Source of the DNA: Solirubrobacteraceae bacterium
GTDB taxonomy: Bacteria > Actinomycetota > Thermoleophilia > Solirubrobacterales > Solirubrobacteraceae
Assembly: GCA_035551855.1 (NCBI GenBank)
Contig: DASZMK010000192.1
Location: 21-64,020 of the forward strand
Direction of reading: 5' to 3'
DNA: 64,000 bases
Part shown: in pieces, positions 19,630 to 27,990 of the stretch
How the letters are laid out: each line of letters starts with the position of its first letter
Position numbering within the stretch: the stretch's first letter is position 1
Position numbers and translations under genes: made by a program
The notes under the pieces: generated by a model
What the model was told of the DNA's origin: nothing
Database searches by the model: none
The model's input: only the letters and a program-made list of their open reading frames with translations

Positions 19630-19760
19630 TGCACAGCGCGCCAAACCAGGTCAGCACCGGCCGATCTGGCGCAAGGTGAGGACCATGCATGCGTGTGGTG
19701 CCAAATCATCTGGCGGGTGTCAGATTTGGCGCGTGGCGCACACTGGAATCCAGTGCGACG
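19630..19760. repeat. 111-bp palindromic intergenic repeat, copy 3, core 19630-19740
   Basis: tgcacagcgcgccaaacc...gatctggcgca...gtgccaaatc...gatttggcgcgtggcgca; between convergent genes. Confidence 0.75.
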
Positions 19761-19806
19761 TGGCTGGATCCGGCGTGACCTCACTGACGCCGGGCGCCGG
19801 GCCGCC

Positions 19807-21168
19807 TCAGCCCACGAGCAACACGAGCGGCTGCTCCAGGAGCTCACGCACGCGCGCCAGGAAGCGGGCGCCGTCGGCGCCGTACAGGATCCGGTGGTCG
19901 CAGGCGAGGGTCAGGTTGACCGTCGGCCGCGCGACGATCGCCGGACAGGCGGGGTCCGAGGTGTCAACCACCGGCCGCTGCTTGAGCGAGCCGACCGCCA
20001 GGATCGCCGCCTGCGGGGGGTTGACGACGGCCGAGAAGCTGTCGACACCGAACATGCCGAGGTTCGAGATCGAGAACGTGCTGCCGGACAGCTCCGCGGG
20101 CGAAATCGACCCGTCGCGTACCCTGGCCGCCAGGGCGCGGGCCGTCTCGGCGATCGCTGCGAGCGACTTGGTGTCGGCGTCGAAGATGGTGGGCACCAGG
20201 AGCGCGTCCTCGGCGGCCACCGCGATGCCGACGTTGACCCGCGCGTAGCTCTCGAAGGCGCCGTCGCGGTAGGAGCCGTTCACGCGCGGGAACTCGCGGA
20301 GCGTCATCGCCGCCGCCTTGACGATGAAGTCGTTGATCGACGGCGGACGGTCGGTCAGGCCGCGCACCTGCTCGCGCAGCGCCACCACCTCGGTCATGTC
20401 GACTTCGGCCCGCAGCTCGAAGTCCGGCACGGTCGCGCGGGATTCGGCCATCCGCCTCGCCACCGTCTGCTGAAGCCGCGTCAGCGGCTCGCGGTGCGCG
20501 TCGCCCTTGGCGCCGTCTCGCGGCGAGGGAGCCGGGGGAAGCCCGGCGGTGGGGGACTGTGCTCTGCCGCCGCCGCCGCCGTCGCCGTTGCCTGTGCCGG
20601 CGCCCGCACGGGCCCCGGCAGCGCCCTCCTGCACCGAACGCTCGACATCGGCCCGGATCACTCGGCCCTGCGGGCCTGAGCCGGTGAGGGTGGCGAGGTC
20701 GACGCCCAGTTGGGCGGCGATGCGCCGGGCCAGGGGCGAGGCCTTGACGCGGGTGCTGACGCGGGGTGCCGTGGCGCCCGCCCCCGCCGGAGCCGGAGCC
20801 GGAGCCCGGGCCGGAGCCGAGGCCGAGGTGGCCGCGGCGGAAGCGGATGCCGCGCCTGCGGCCGCGAGCGACTCCGGGCCGGCCGTGGCGGCAGCGGCCT
20901 GGCTCGCCTCGCCCGCCTCGCTCGCCTCGCCCGCCCGGCCGATCACGGCGATGGCCGCGCCCACGGCGGCGCTCTCGCCGGTTTGCACCCGGATCGTCAA
21001 AATCGTGCCGTCGTGCTCGGACTCATAGGTGACACTCGCCTTGTCGGTCTCCACCTCGACGAGGGGCTCACCCTCGGTGACCACATCGCCCTCCTCGACG
21101 AGCCACTGCAGGATCGTGCCCTCCTCCATCGAGTCCGATAGGCGGGGCATGACGATTTCGATGGCCAC
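19807..21168 (-). CDS. 2-oxoacid/acetoin dehydrogenase E2 dihydrolipoamide acyltransferase
   Basis: Lipoyl domain MPRLSDSMEEG...VETDKA; E3-binding ASPLARR...GSGPQGRV; DHRILYGA. Confidence 0.93.
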   Translation of the reverse strand: MAIEIVMPRLSDSMEEGTILQWLVEEGDVVTEGEPLVEVETDKASVTYESEHDGTILTIRVQTGESAAVGAAIAVIGRAGEASEAGEASQAAAATAGPESLAAAGAASASAAATSASAPARAPAPAPAGAGATAPRVSTRVKASPLARRIAAQLGVDLATLTGSGPQGRVIRADVERSVQEGAAGARAGAGTGNGDGGGGGRAQSPTAGLPPAPSPRDGAKGDAHREPLTRLQQTVARRMAESRATVPDFELRAEVDMTEVVALREQVRGLTDRPPSINDFIVKAAAMTLREFPRVNGSYRDGAFESYARVNVGIAVAAEDALLVPTIFDADTKSLAAIAETARALAARVRDGSISPAELSGSTFSISNLGMFGVDSFSAVVNPPQAAILAVGSLKQRPVVDTSDPACPAIVARPTVNLTLACDHRILYGADGARFLARVRELLEQPLVLLVG

Positions 21169-21212
21169 AGTGCTCTCCCTCGGCAGATGCGCAACGCCGG
21201 CCGGGCGCGCGT

Positions 21213-21226
21213 TGCAAACGTTTGCG
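21213..21226. promoter_or_regulatory. LacI-type operator between divergent E2 and E1-alpha genes
   Basis: TGCAAACGTTTGCG near-perfect palindrome. Confidence 0.7.
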
Positions 21227-21287
21227 ATAGCATCGTAACGCAAGCCGTTGGGCAACGCGGTGGAAACGAGTCGCGAAGGAGAAGGGG

Positions 21288-22274
21288 ATGGCCAGGCTCC
21301 AAGCCCCGGAGCAGCAGGAAGTGTCACGCGCGTACCTCGAGGCATATGCGCGCATGCTGTTGATCCGGCAGTTCGAGGCGGCGATGCACCGACTGTTCCT
21401 GCGGGGAGAGGTGCACGGCACAACTCACCTGTACGCCGGTCAGGAGGCGGTGGCGGTCGGTGTATGCATGGCGCTGCAAGCCGATGACTACGTCGCCGGC
21501 ACGTACCGCGGCCATGGCCATGCGCTGGCGAAGGGCACGGCGCCTGAGCCGCTGATCGCCGAGATGCTGGGCCGGGCCACCGGCGTCTGCGGCGGCCGTG
21601 CCGGCTCGATGAACGTCATCGATCTGGAGCACGGCCTGGTCGGCTGCTACGGGATCGTCGGCGGCTCGATCGCGGCCGCGCTGGGCGCGTCCCTGTCGGC
21701 CAAGCGCCAGGGCCGGGTGGCAGTGTGCTTCTTCGGTGACGGCGCCACGAACCAGGCGTACTTCCACGAGTGCATGAACATGGCCTCGATCCAGAAGCTG
21801 CCGGTGGTCTTCGTGTGCGAGAACAACCTGTACGCGGAGTTCACGCCGCTCGCCGAGGCGACGGCGGGGGCCGACATCGCCGCCCGGGCCAGCGCATACT
21901 CGGTGCCCTCGGCCGTCGTCGACGGCAACGACCTGTGGGCGGTGCAGGAGGCGGCGACCGAGGCGGTTCAGCGTGCCCGGGCCGGTGAGGGCCCCACGTT
22001 GCTCGAATGCAAGACCTACCGCCATTACGGACACTCCAAGGGCGATCCGGCGCCGTACCGGACCAAGGAGGAGGTTGAGCAGTGGTTCGAGCGCGATCCG
22101 CTGAAGATCGCGCGGAGGCGGTTGCTGGAGATCGGCGCGCCCACCCTGACCGAGGAGCAGCTCGTCGCCACGGAGGCGGAGACGACGGCCGAGATCGAGC
22201 AGGCCATCGAGAACGCCCTCAGCGCGCCCTACCCGGATCCGGAGCAGGACGCGGCGACGGAGTTCGCAGCATGA
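21288..22274 (+). CDS. TPP-dependent dehydrogenase E1 alpha (AcoA/PdhA-like)
   Basis: HGTTHLYAGQEA, GDGA...ENN, TYRHYGHS. Confidence 0.93.
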   Translation: MARLQAPEQQEVSRAYLEAYARMLLIRQFEAAMHRLFLRGEVHGTTHLYAGQEAVAVGVCMALQADDYVAGTYRGHGHALAKGTAPEPLIAEMLGRATGVCGGRAGSMNVIDLEHGLVGCYGIVGGSIAAALGASLSAKRQGRVAVCFFGDGATNQAYFHECMNMASIQKLPVVFVCENNLYAEFTPLAEATAGADIAARASAYSVPSAVVDGNDLWAVQEAATEAVQRARAGEGPTLLECKTYRHYGHSKGDPAPYRTKEEVEQWFERDPLKIARRRLLEIGAPTLTEEQLVATEAETTAEIEQAIENALSAPYPDPEQDAATEFAA

Positions 22275-23254
22275 GCACGCTCGAGTTCCGGGTCGCCATC
22301 CGGGACGCGCTGGCCGAGGAGCTGGAGCGCGACCCCAACGTGGTGTTCTTCGGCGAGGACGTCGCCGTCGCCGGCGGCGTGTTCAAGGCAACGCCTGATC
22401 TGTACAAGCGGTTCGGGCCTGAGCGGGTGTTCGACACGCCGATCTCCGAGCTGGCGCTCGCCGGGGCCGCCTACGGCGCGGCCGTGACCGGGCTGCGTCC
22501 GGTGTTCGAGATCATGTTCGGGGACTTCATGGCGCTGCCCATGGACAGCCTCATCAACCAGGCGGCGAAGTTCTGGTACATCAGCAAGGAGCAGGGGACG
22601 GTGCCGCTGGTCGTCCGCTCGGCGGTCGGGGCCGGCGGGCGCTTCGGAGCGATCCACTCACAGACGCACGGCACGTGGTTTCAGGGCATTCCGGGACTGA
22701 AGATCGTGTTCCCGTCGTCGCCCGCCGAGGCCAAGGCCCTGCTCAAGGCGTCGATCCGCGACGACAACCCCGTGGTCTTCCTCGAGCACAAGCGCCTGTA
22801 CTCGGTCAAGGGCCCGCCGCCGGAGCAGGAGGTGATCCCGCTGGGGCAGGCGGGCGTCGCCCGCAGCGGGCGGGACCTGACGATCGTCTCCGTCGGCAAG
22901 GGGGTTCCGGACGCCGTGGCCGCGGCCGAGACGCTCGCGGCCGACGGCATCTCGGCCGAGGTGATCGACCTGCGCGCGCTTCGCCCGCTTGACCTGCAGA
23001 CGGTGCTCGAGTCCGTGGCACGGACCAACCGCGTGCTCGCCGTCGAGGAGGGACCCCGCACCGGCGGCTGGGCGGCCGGTCTGGTGGGAGCGGTCGCCGA
23101 GGAGGGACTGCATGATCTCGACGACGTGTGGATCCTCGCGACCGCCGAGACGCCGATCCCGTACAGCCCAACCCTCGAGGACGCCTTCCTGCCCCAGACC
23201 GACGCCATTGTCGCGAGTGTCCGATCCCGCCTCGGGCTCGTCCCCGCGGTATGA
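22271..23254 (+). CDS. TPP-dependent dehydrogenase E1 beta (AcoB/PdhB-like)
   Basis: GEDV, DTPISE, HSQ, DDNPVVFLEHK, VIDLRALRPLD. Confidence 0.93.
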   Translation: MSTLEFRVAIRDALAEELERDPNVVFFGEDVAVAGGVFKATPDLYKRFGPERVFDTPISELALAGAAYGAAVTGLRPVFEIMFGDFMALPMDSLINQAAKFWYISKEQGTVPLVVRSAVGAGGRFGAIHSQTHGTWFQGIPGLKIVFPSSPAEAKALLKASIRDDNPVVFLEHKRLYSVKGPPPEQEVIPLGQAGVARSGRDLTIVSVGKGVPDAVAAAETLAADGISAEVIDLRALRPLDLQTVLESVARTNRVLAVEEGPRTGGWAAGLVGAVAEEGLHDLDDVWILATAETPIPYSPTLEDAFLPQTDAIVASVRSRLGLVPAV

Positions 23255-23274
23255 GGAGGTGAGACACTCTGGGT

Positions 23275-23559
23275 GTGTCTGCGCATCCCATCGGACGCGC
23301 CTGGTCTGAGGCCGCGCACGACCTCGAGGACGAGCTGCGCCGACTTGATCCGGACGCGGTGGTCTCTCCCCGGGTCGACGCCGGCGGTTTGCTCAAACTC
23401 GACGTCCGGGTCAAGGCGGAGCACCGCCCGGCGGCTCGCGCGGCGGTCAGGAGACACGAGACGAAGGCCAACGCAACCTGTGAGACCTGCGGGTCACCGA
23501 CGTCCACCGTTCAGGCAGGACCCGTGGTGCAAGTCCTGTGCGTCGGCTGCCGGGGCTAG
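23275..23559 (+). CDS. Small hypothetical protein with two CxxC motifs
   Basis: CETCG...CVGC; GAGGAGG upstream; coding-like codon usage. Confidence 0.55.
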   Translation: MSAHPIGRAWSEAAHDLEDELRRLDPDAVVSPRVDAGGLLKLDVRVKAEHRPAARAAVRRHETKANATCETCGSPTSTVQAGPVVQVLCVGCRG

Positions 23560-23638
23560 AGGGCTCCCACGGCGACTCGCTCGCGGCGTAGGCGCGTCGG
23601 CCACTGCGTTGAGCTCCCCGGCTCGCGTGTGCGGACGG

Positions 23639-23908
23639 TTACCGGGTCGTGAACGACTCCGGCGGCTCGGCGAGGCGGAACCCATCCATGTGAACCCGGG
23701 TGTGGCCCCGCAGGTCGACCACCACCATCACCACCCGCTCGCAGCTGGGGCAGCGGCCGACCGCGCCCGGTCCGCGGTTGTAGACGCGGAGCTCGGCGAT
23801 CCGAGCCCGCGTCCCGCAGTGCGCGCACGTGCCCGCCGCCGTGGTCATCTCCACTCGGTAGTGCACGTACAGCTGGCCGGCGATCGCGTTCCCATCCAGT
23901 GCTTCCAT
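23639..23908 (-). CDS. Small zinc-ribbon-like protein (DUF6510-like)
   Basis: LDGNAIAG, CAHCG, RCPSC. Confidence 0.75.
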   Translation of the reverse strand: MEALDGNAIAGQLYVHYRVEMTTAAGTCAHCGTRARIAELRVYNRGPGAVGRCPSCERVVMVVVDLRGHTRVHMDGFRLAEPPESFTTR

Positions 23909-23932
23909 CGGTGTCCTCGTGTCGATCTGCGA

Positions 23933-24682
23933 TCAGGTCCCGGTTGGTCCGAAGCGCTCGGTCCTGATCCGGTCCGGCGCATGCCCGTTGGCGACGAGCC
24001 CCTGGGCCACCGTCTCCACGAACGCGCTCGGACCGCAGACGAAGACCAGCGGCCGATCCTGTGACGGCCACGCCACGTCGGCGAGCAGCCGGCGGTCGAC
24101 ACGTCCGTGATGGCCCGGCCAGGCTTCCGGTGCCTCGCGCGTGAGCGTGAAGCTGATGTCCACTCCCTGGGACGCGGCCAGGTCGGTGAGCTCCTCGCGG
24201 TAGATGAGGTCGGCCACCGACCGCGAGGAATAGAGCAGGCGTGGCACCACGCCGCGGTCCGCCGCGGCCCTGTGCCGCAGCATGGCGCGAAACGGCACGA
24301 TCCCGGAGCCACCGGCGACGAGCATCACCGGCCCAGCGGCGGAGTCCTCCCAGACGAAGTACCCCCCGATGGGGCCACGCAGCTCCAACTCATCGCCCGG
24401 CCGCAGCTCGTCGACGAGGTAGGGCGAGACCTCGCCGTCCTCGAGCCGCTCCACGGTCAGGACGAGCCCCTCGTCCTCCGGCGCGGAGGCGATCGAATAG
24501 CTGCGCTGTGCCTGATAGCCGTCCTCGGCCGTCAGCCGGACGTCAAGATGCTGGCCGGCACGATGGCCCGGCCACTCGGCCGGCTCGAGCCTGATGCTCC
24601 GGCACCGCGGCGTCTCGTCGATCAGCTCGCGCACGGTGGCCATCTGCCACGTCAGTCGCCCTGGTAACGCTGTTCCAGCCAT
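23933..24682 (-). CDS. Ferredoxin reductase-like FAD/NAD(P)-binding oxidoreductase
   Basis: RSYSIAS, GEVS, AGGSGIVP, VCGP, ERFG. Confidence 0.9.
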   Translation of the reverse strand: MAGTALPGRLTWQMATVRELIDETPRCRSIRLEPAEWPGHRAGQHLDVRLTAEDGYQAQRSYSIASAPEDEGLVLTVERLEDGEVSPYLVDELRPGDELELRGPIGGYFVWEDSAAGPVMLVAGGSGIVPFRAMLRHRAAADRGVVPRLLYSSRSVADLIYREELTDLAASQGVDISFTLTREAPEAWPGHHGRVDRRLLADVAWPSQDRPLVFVCGPSAFVETVAQGLVANGHAPDRIRTERFGPTGT

Positions 24683-25260
24683 GGATCGCCGCGGTTGTGG
24701 TAGCCGTAGGTCTCCCAGAAGCCCGGCCGGTCGCCGAGTGTGAGCGTCAGGCCGCGTACCCACTTGGCGCTCTTCCAGAAGTACAGGTGCGGCACCAGCA
24801 GCCGCGCGGGGCCTCCGTGCTCAGGGTCAAGGGGCGCGTCGCTGTACTGATAGGCGACCCAGGCCCGGCCGTCGCGGACATCCTCCACCGGCAGATTCGT
24901 CGTGTATCCACCATCGCACCAGGCGGTCAGGAAGCTCGCCGGTGTCGTAACGCCCTCCAGCAGAGTGTCGACGGCGACACCTCTCCACAGCGTGTCGAGC
25001 TTGGACCATTTCGTGACACAGTGGATATCGACCGTGATGGTCTGTGCGGGCAGGGCGGTGAACTCCTGCCATGACCACGACACCGGTTTGTCGACCGCGC
25101 CGTCGATGGCAAACGTCCAGTCCGACAGGGACGCGTGCGGGGTCGGTCCCGCCGAGAGGACGGGGAAGTCCGCGGTCACGTACTGGCCGGGCGGCACGCG
25201 TGACGGATCGGCGACGGGGCGGCGGCGACCGCGAAATCCGCGGCTCACCGGGGACATCAC
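24652..25260 (-). CDS. Sulfite oxidase-like molybdopterin oxidoreductase
   Basis: PPGQY, DIHCVTKWS, EHGGPARLLVPHLYFWKSAKW, GFWE. Confidence 0.92.
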   Translation of the reverse strand: MMSPVSRGFRGRRRPVADPSRVPPGQYVTADFPVLSAGPTPHASLSDWTFAIDGAVDKPVSWSWQEFTALPAQTITVDIHCVTKWSKLDTLWRGVAVDTLLEGVTTPASFLTAWCDGGYTTNLPVEDVRDGRAWVAYQYSDAPLDPEHGGPARLLVPHLYFWKSAKWVRGLTLTLGDRPGFWETYGYHNRGDPWLEQRYQGD

Positions 25261-25369
25261 GCGGTCCCGGTGGCCGCGGCGGAGGCGAACGGCGCGTGCA
25301 CCATGCCGTGCCCATCATGCCGGAACGGTCGCTCGGCCACAACTCGCTGGGCGCCGACACAACGGCTCA

Positions 25370-26506
25370 TCAGCTGTGGCCCGGCAGCTCCACCACCTCG
25401 AGCCCCAGCGGCGCACACACCAGCGCCGGGCGATCCGCGCGGGCCAGCCTCCGCCGCAGCAGGACGAAGGCGGGCGTTCCGAGCACGGCCGGCACCGTCA
25501 GCTGGAACAGGCGGTAGGCGAGAACCGCCGCGGTCGCCTCGCTGAGGTTGACGCCATACAGCGCAAACACCCCGATCAGCGCCCCCTCGGTGCCGCCGAC
25601 CCCACCGGGAAGCGGTATGAGGTTGCCGAGCTGGCCGATCAGGTAGGCGAGCACCAGGTCACCGAAGGCGGGCACGGAGCCGATGGCGGCGAAGGCGCAG
25701 CCGAGTGCCGCGATATCGAAGGCCATGTACGCGAAGGAGCCCACGGCGACGCCGACGCCCTGGAAGCGCAGCAGCGAGACCGCCTGCTCCACGCCGTCGG
25801 CAACCGTGACCAGGCCCTCCCGCAGCGCGCGACGCGCCCGTCCGGAACGCGCTGGGGTGCCGACGCTCTCGCCGCGGCTGCCGAGCGAGAGCGCGCGCAG
25901 GAGCCGCGGGCTCAGTGCCACCAGAAGGACGCCCAGCGCGGCGATCAGCGCGGGCACGAGCGTGAGCAGCGCCGATCCCCCGCCGGGGACGAGGCTGACG
26001 AACGCGGCCACGCCGACGACGATGACCGAGAAGAAGTTCGCCGCGCTCGTGAGCACGAAGAAGGCCACCGTCCGGCGGGCGATATGTGCCGTGGGCATCC
26101 CGGCCTGCCGAAGCGCCCAGACGCCGAGGGCCAGGCCGCCGGCCCCGCCGGCGGGCAGCAGCGAGTTGGCAGCCAGCTCGGCCATGGCGATGTCGTAGCT
26201 CAACCCCCACGGCATCTGCGCGCAGAACGTCTGGCGGAACACGATGAGATATCCGGCACACGAACCGAATTCGGCGGCGGCGACCGCCGCCACCCACGCC
26301 GGGTCGGTGCCGCGCAGCCGGGCGCGGACCTCGTCGAGCCCGGGCAGAGAGCTGACCGCGACCACGACGAGCGCGATGACCGCGGCGATCTCGATGGCCC
26401 GGATGATCAGATGACGCGGATGCAGCTCGTCCGGCATCCGGCGACGGTCCGCGTGCCCGGCGACGGCCGGCTGACCGCTGCGGTCAGCGGGGTCGGCGTC
26501 TCGCAC
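25370..26506 (-). CDS. Lysylphosphatidylglycerol synthase TM-domain (UPF0104/YbhN-like) membrane protein
   Basis: Multiple TM segments; NSLLPAGGAGG, IPLPGGVGGTE, LAYRL; start uncertain. Confidence 0.8.
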   Translation of the reverse strand: MRDADPADRSGQPAVAGHADRRRMPDELHPRHLIIRAIEIAAVIALVVVAVSSLPGLDEVRARLRGTDPAWVAAVAAAEFGSCAGYLIVFRQTFCAQMPWGLSYDIAMAELAANSLLPAGGAGGLALGVWALRQAGMPTAHIARRTVAFFVLTSAANFFSVIVVGVAAFVSLVPGGGSALLTLVPALIAALGVLLVALSPRLLRALSLGSRGESVGTPARSGRARRALREGLVTVADGVEQAVSLLRFQGVGVAVGSFAYMAFDIAALGCAFAAIGSVPAFGDLVLAYLIGQLGNLIPLPGGVGGTEGALIGVFALYGVNLSEATAAVLAYRLFQLTVPAVLGTPAFVLLRRRLARADRPALVCAPLGLEVVELPGHS

Positions 26507-26527
26507 CCGGGGACCGGTCCTCGCCCG

Positions 26528-27544
26528 TCAACGGTCTCTCAGGTTCCCAATGCCCAATGACCCGTCATCGGCCGGACCCTCGCCGGTTTCGCCCACCGTC
26601 GCGGCGGGCGTGTCGGCACCCGGCGGGTCGTCGAGAAAGTCGGCGGTGGGCACGAAGAACAGGCTGCCGGTGAGGGCGGTGGAGAAGTCCAGGATCCGGT
26701 CGTAGTTACCCGGCGGCTTGCCGATGAACATGTTGACGAGCATCTGCTCGATGACGTTTGGGCTTCGCGCGTAGGCGATGAAGTACGTCCCAAACTCGGC
26801 GGCGCCGACCCGGCCAAAGGGCATGTTGAAGCGCACGATCTGCTGCTCTTCCCCGGCCTCATCGACGATCGTGGTCAGCGCGACGTGGGAGTTGGCGGGC
26901 TTGACGGCATCGGATAGCTCGAGGTCGCTCAGCTTCTTGCGGCCGATCGCCCGCTCCTGCTCCTCGACCGCCAGCCCGTCCCAGGCGGCCAGGTCGTGCA
27001 GGTACTTCTGGATGACGACGTAGCTGCCGCCGGCGAACTCCGGATCCTCGGAGCCGATCGTCACCGCCGCGTTGGCGGCCGCGCCCTCCGGGTTCTCGGT
27101 GCCGTCGACGAACCCCAGCAGGTCACGCTCGTCGAACGACCGGAAGCCGTGGACCTCGTCGACGACCCGTGCGCATCCGCGAAGCCGGTCGACGAGCCGC
27201 TGGGCGAGCTCGAAGCACAGATCGAGACGATGGGCGCGGATGTGGAACAGGAGGTCTCCCGGCGTCGCCACCGCCGTGTGCCGGGTCCCGGCGGTCTCCG
27301 TGAACGGGTGCAGGCCGTCCGGCCGCGGGCGGCCGAACATCCGCTTCCACAGCTCGGATCCGATTCCGACGACGCACGTCAGATCGCCCTCCGGAACGCG
27401 AAATCCCACCGACCGCTTCAGGCCGCCGACGTCGGCGAGCAGCTCGCGAACGATCTCCTCGGCGCCGGGCTCGGTGACGGCGACGAGGAAGATCGCCGAC
27501 TCGGTGGTCGGCGTCAGCACCGGTTGGGACTCGGCGGCCGACAT
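26528..27544 (-). CDS. Dye-decolorizing (DyP-type) peroxidase with C-terminal encapsulin cargo-loading peptide
   Basis: GFVDGTENP, QKYLH, NSHV, YDRILDFST; tail DGSLGIGNLRDR after a Pro/Ala/Gly linker. Confidence 0.92.
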   Translation of the reverse strand: MSAAESQPVLTPTTESAIFLVAVTEPGAEEIVRELLADVGGLKRSVGFRVPEGDLTCVVGIGSELWKRMFGRPRPDGLHPFTETAGTRHTAVATPGDLLFHIRAHRLDLCFELAQRLVDRLRGCARVVDEVHGFRSFDERDLLGFVDGTENPEGAAANAAVTIGSEDPEFAGGSYVVIQKYLHDLAAWDGLAVEEQERAIGRKKLSDLELSDAVKPANSHVALTTIVDEAGEEQQIVRFNMPFGRVGAAEFGTYFIAYARSPNVIEQMLVNMFIGKPPGNYDRILDFSTALTGSLFFVPTADFLDDPPGADTPAATVGETGEGPADDGSLGIGNLRDR

Positions 27545-27589
27545 CGTTGGCACGGTAGCAACGACGTCATCGATACTAAACTGACACCG

Positions 27590-27958
27590 ATCACCGAGCC
27601 GGGACTGATCATCCAGGTGCCGCGAGGGGCCAGCGTCGAACTCCAGCTCGCCGCGGCGCCGCCGCCAATCATCGACCGCGGCGACGTGGTCGTCGAGGTC
27701 GGCGTGACGGACGAGGAGGGAAATCTCGAGCCGGCTCCCGCCGGTCAGGTGATCATGTCCGTGCCATCGCCGGAGACGCTTCGCCGTGAGCCGGAGGAGG
27801 TGCATCGCGTGGTCGCCGAGGCGGGTACCGGAGTCGAGCCTCTGGTGATCGTGGTCGAGGTCGCCGAGGAGCTGCGCGAGGATGAGCTGGGCGTCGTCCT
27901 CGCGGCGGCGGCTCGCTCCCCGCGTCCGGTGATCCTGCGGGTCATTCGCGGCGACTGA
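27590..27958 (+). CDS. Hypothetical protein of about 122 aa, start codon uncertain
   Basis: Open GC3-rich frame (TEPGLIIQVPRG...RPVILRVIRGD) filling the gap between the DyP gene and ftsH. Confidence 0.6.
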   Translation: MTEPGLIIQVPRGASVELQLAAAPPPIIDRGDVVVEVGVTDEEGNLEPAPAGQVIMSVPSPETLRREPEEVHRVVAEAGTGVEPLVIVVEVAEELREDELGVVLAAAARSPRPVILRVIRGD

Positions 27959-27990
27959 ACTCCGCACGGTCCGCCGGCCGGGGCGCGGTG

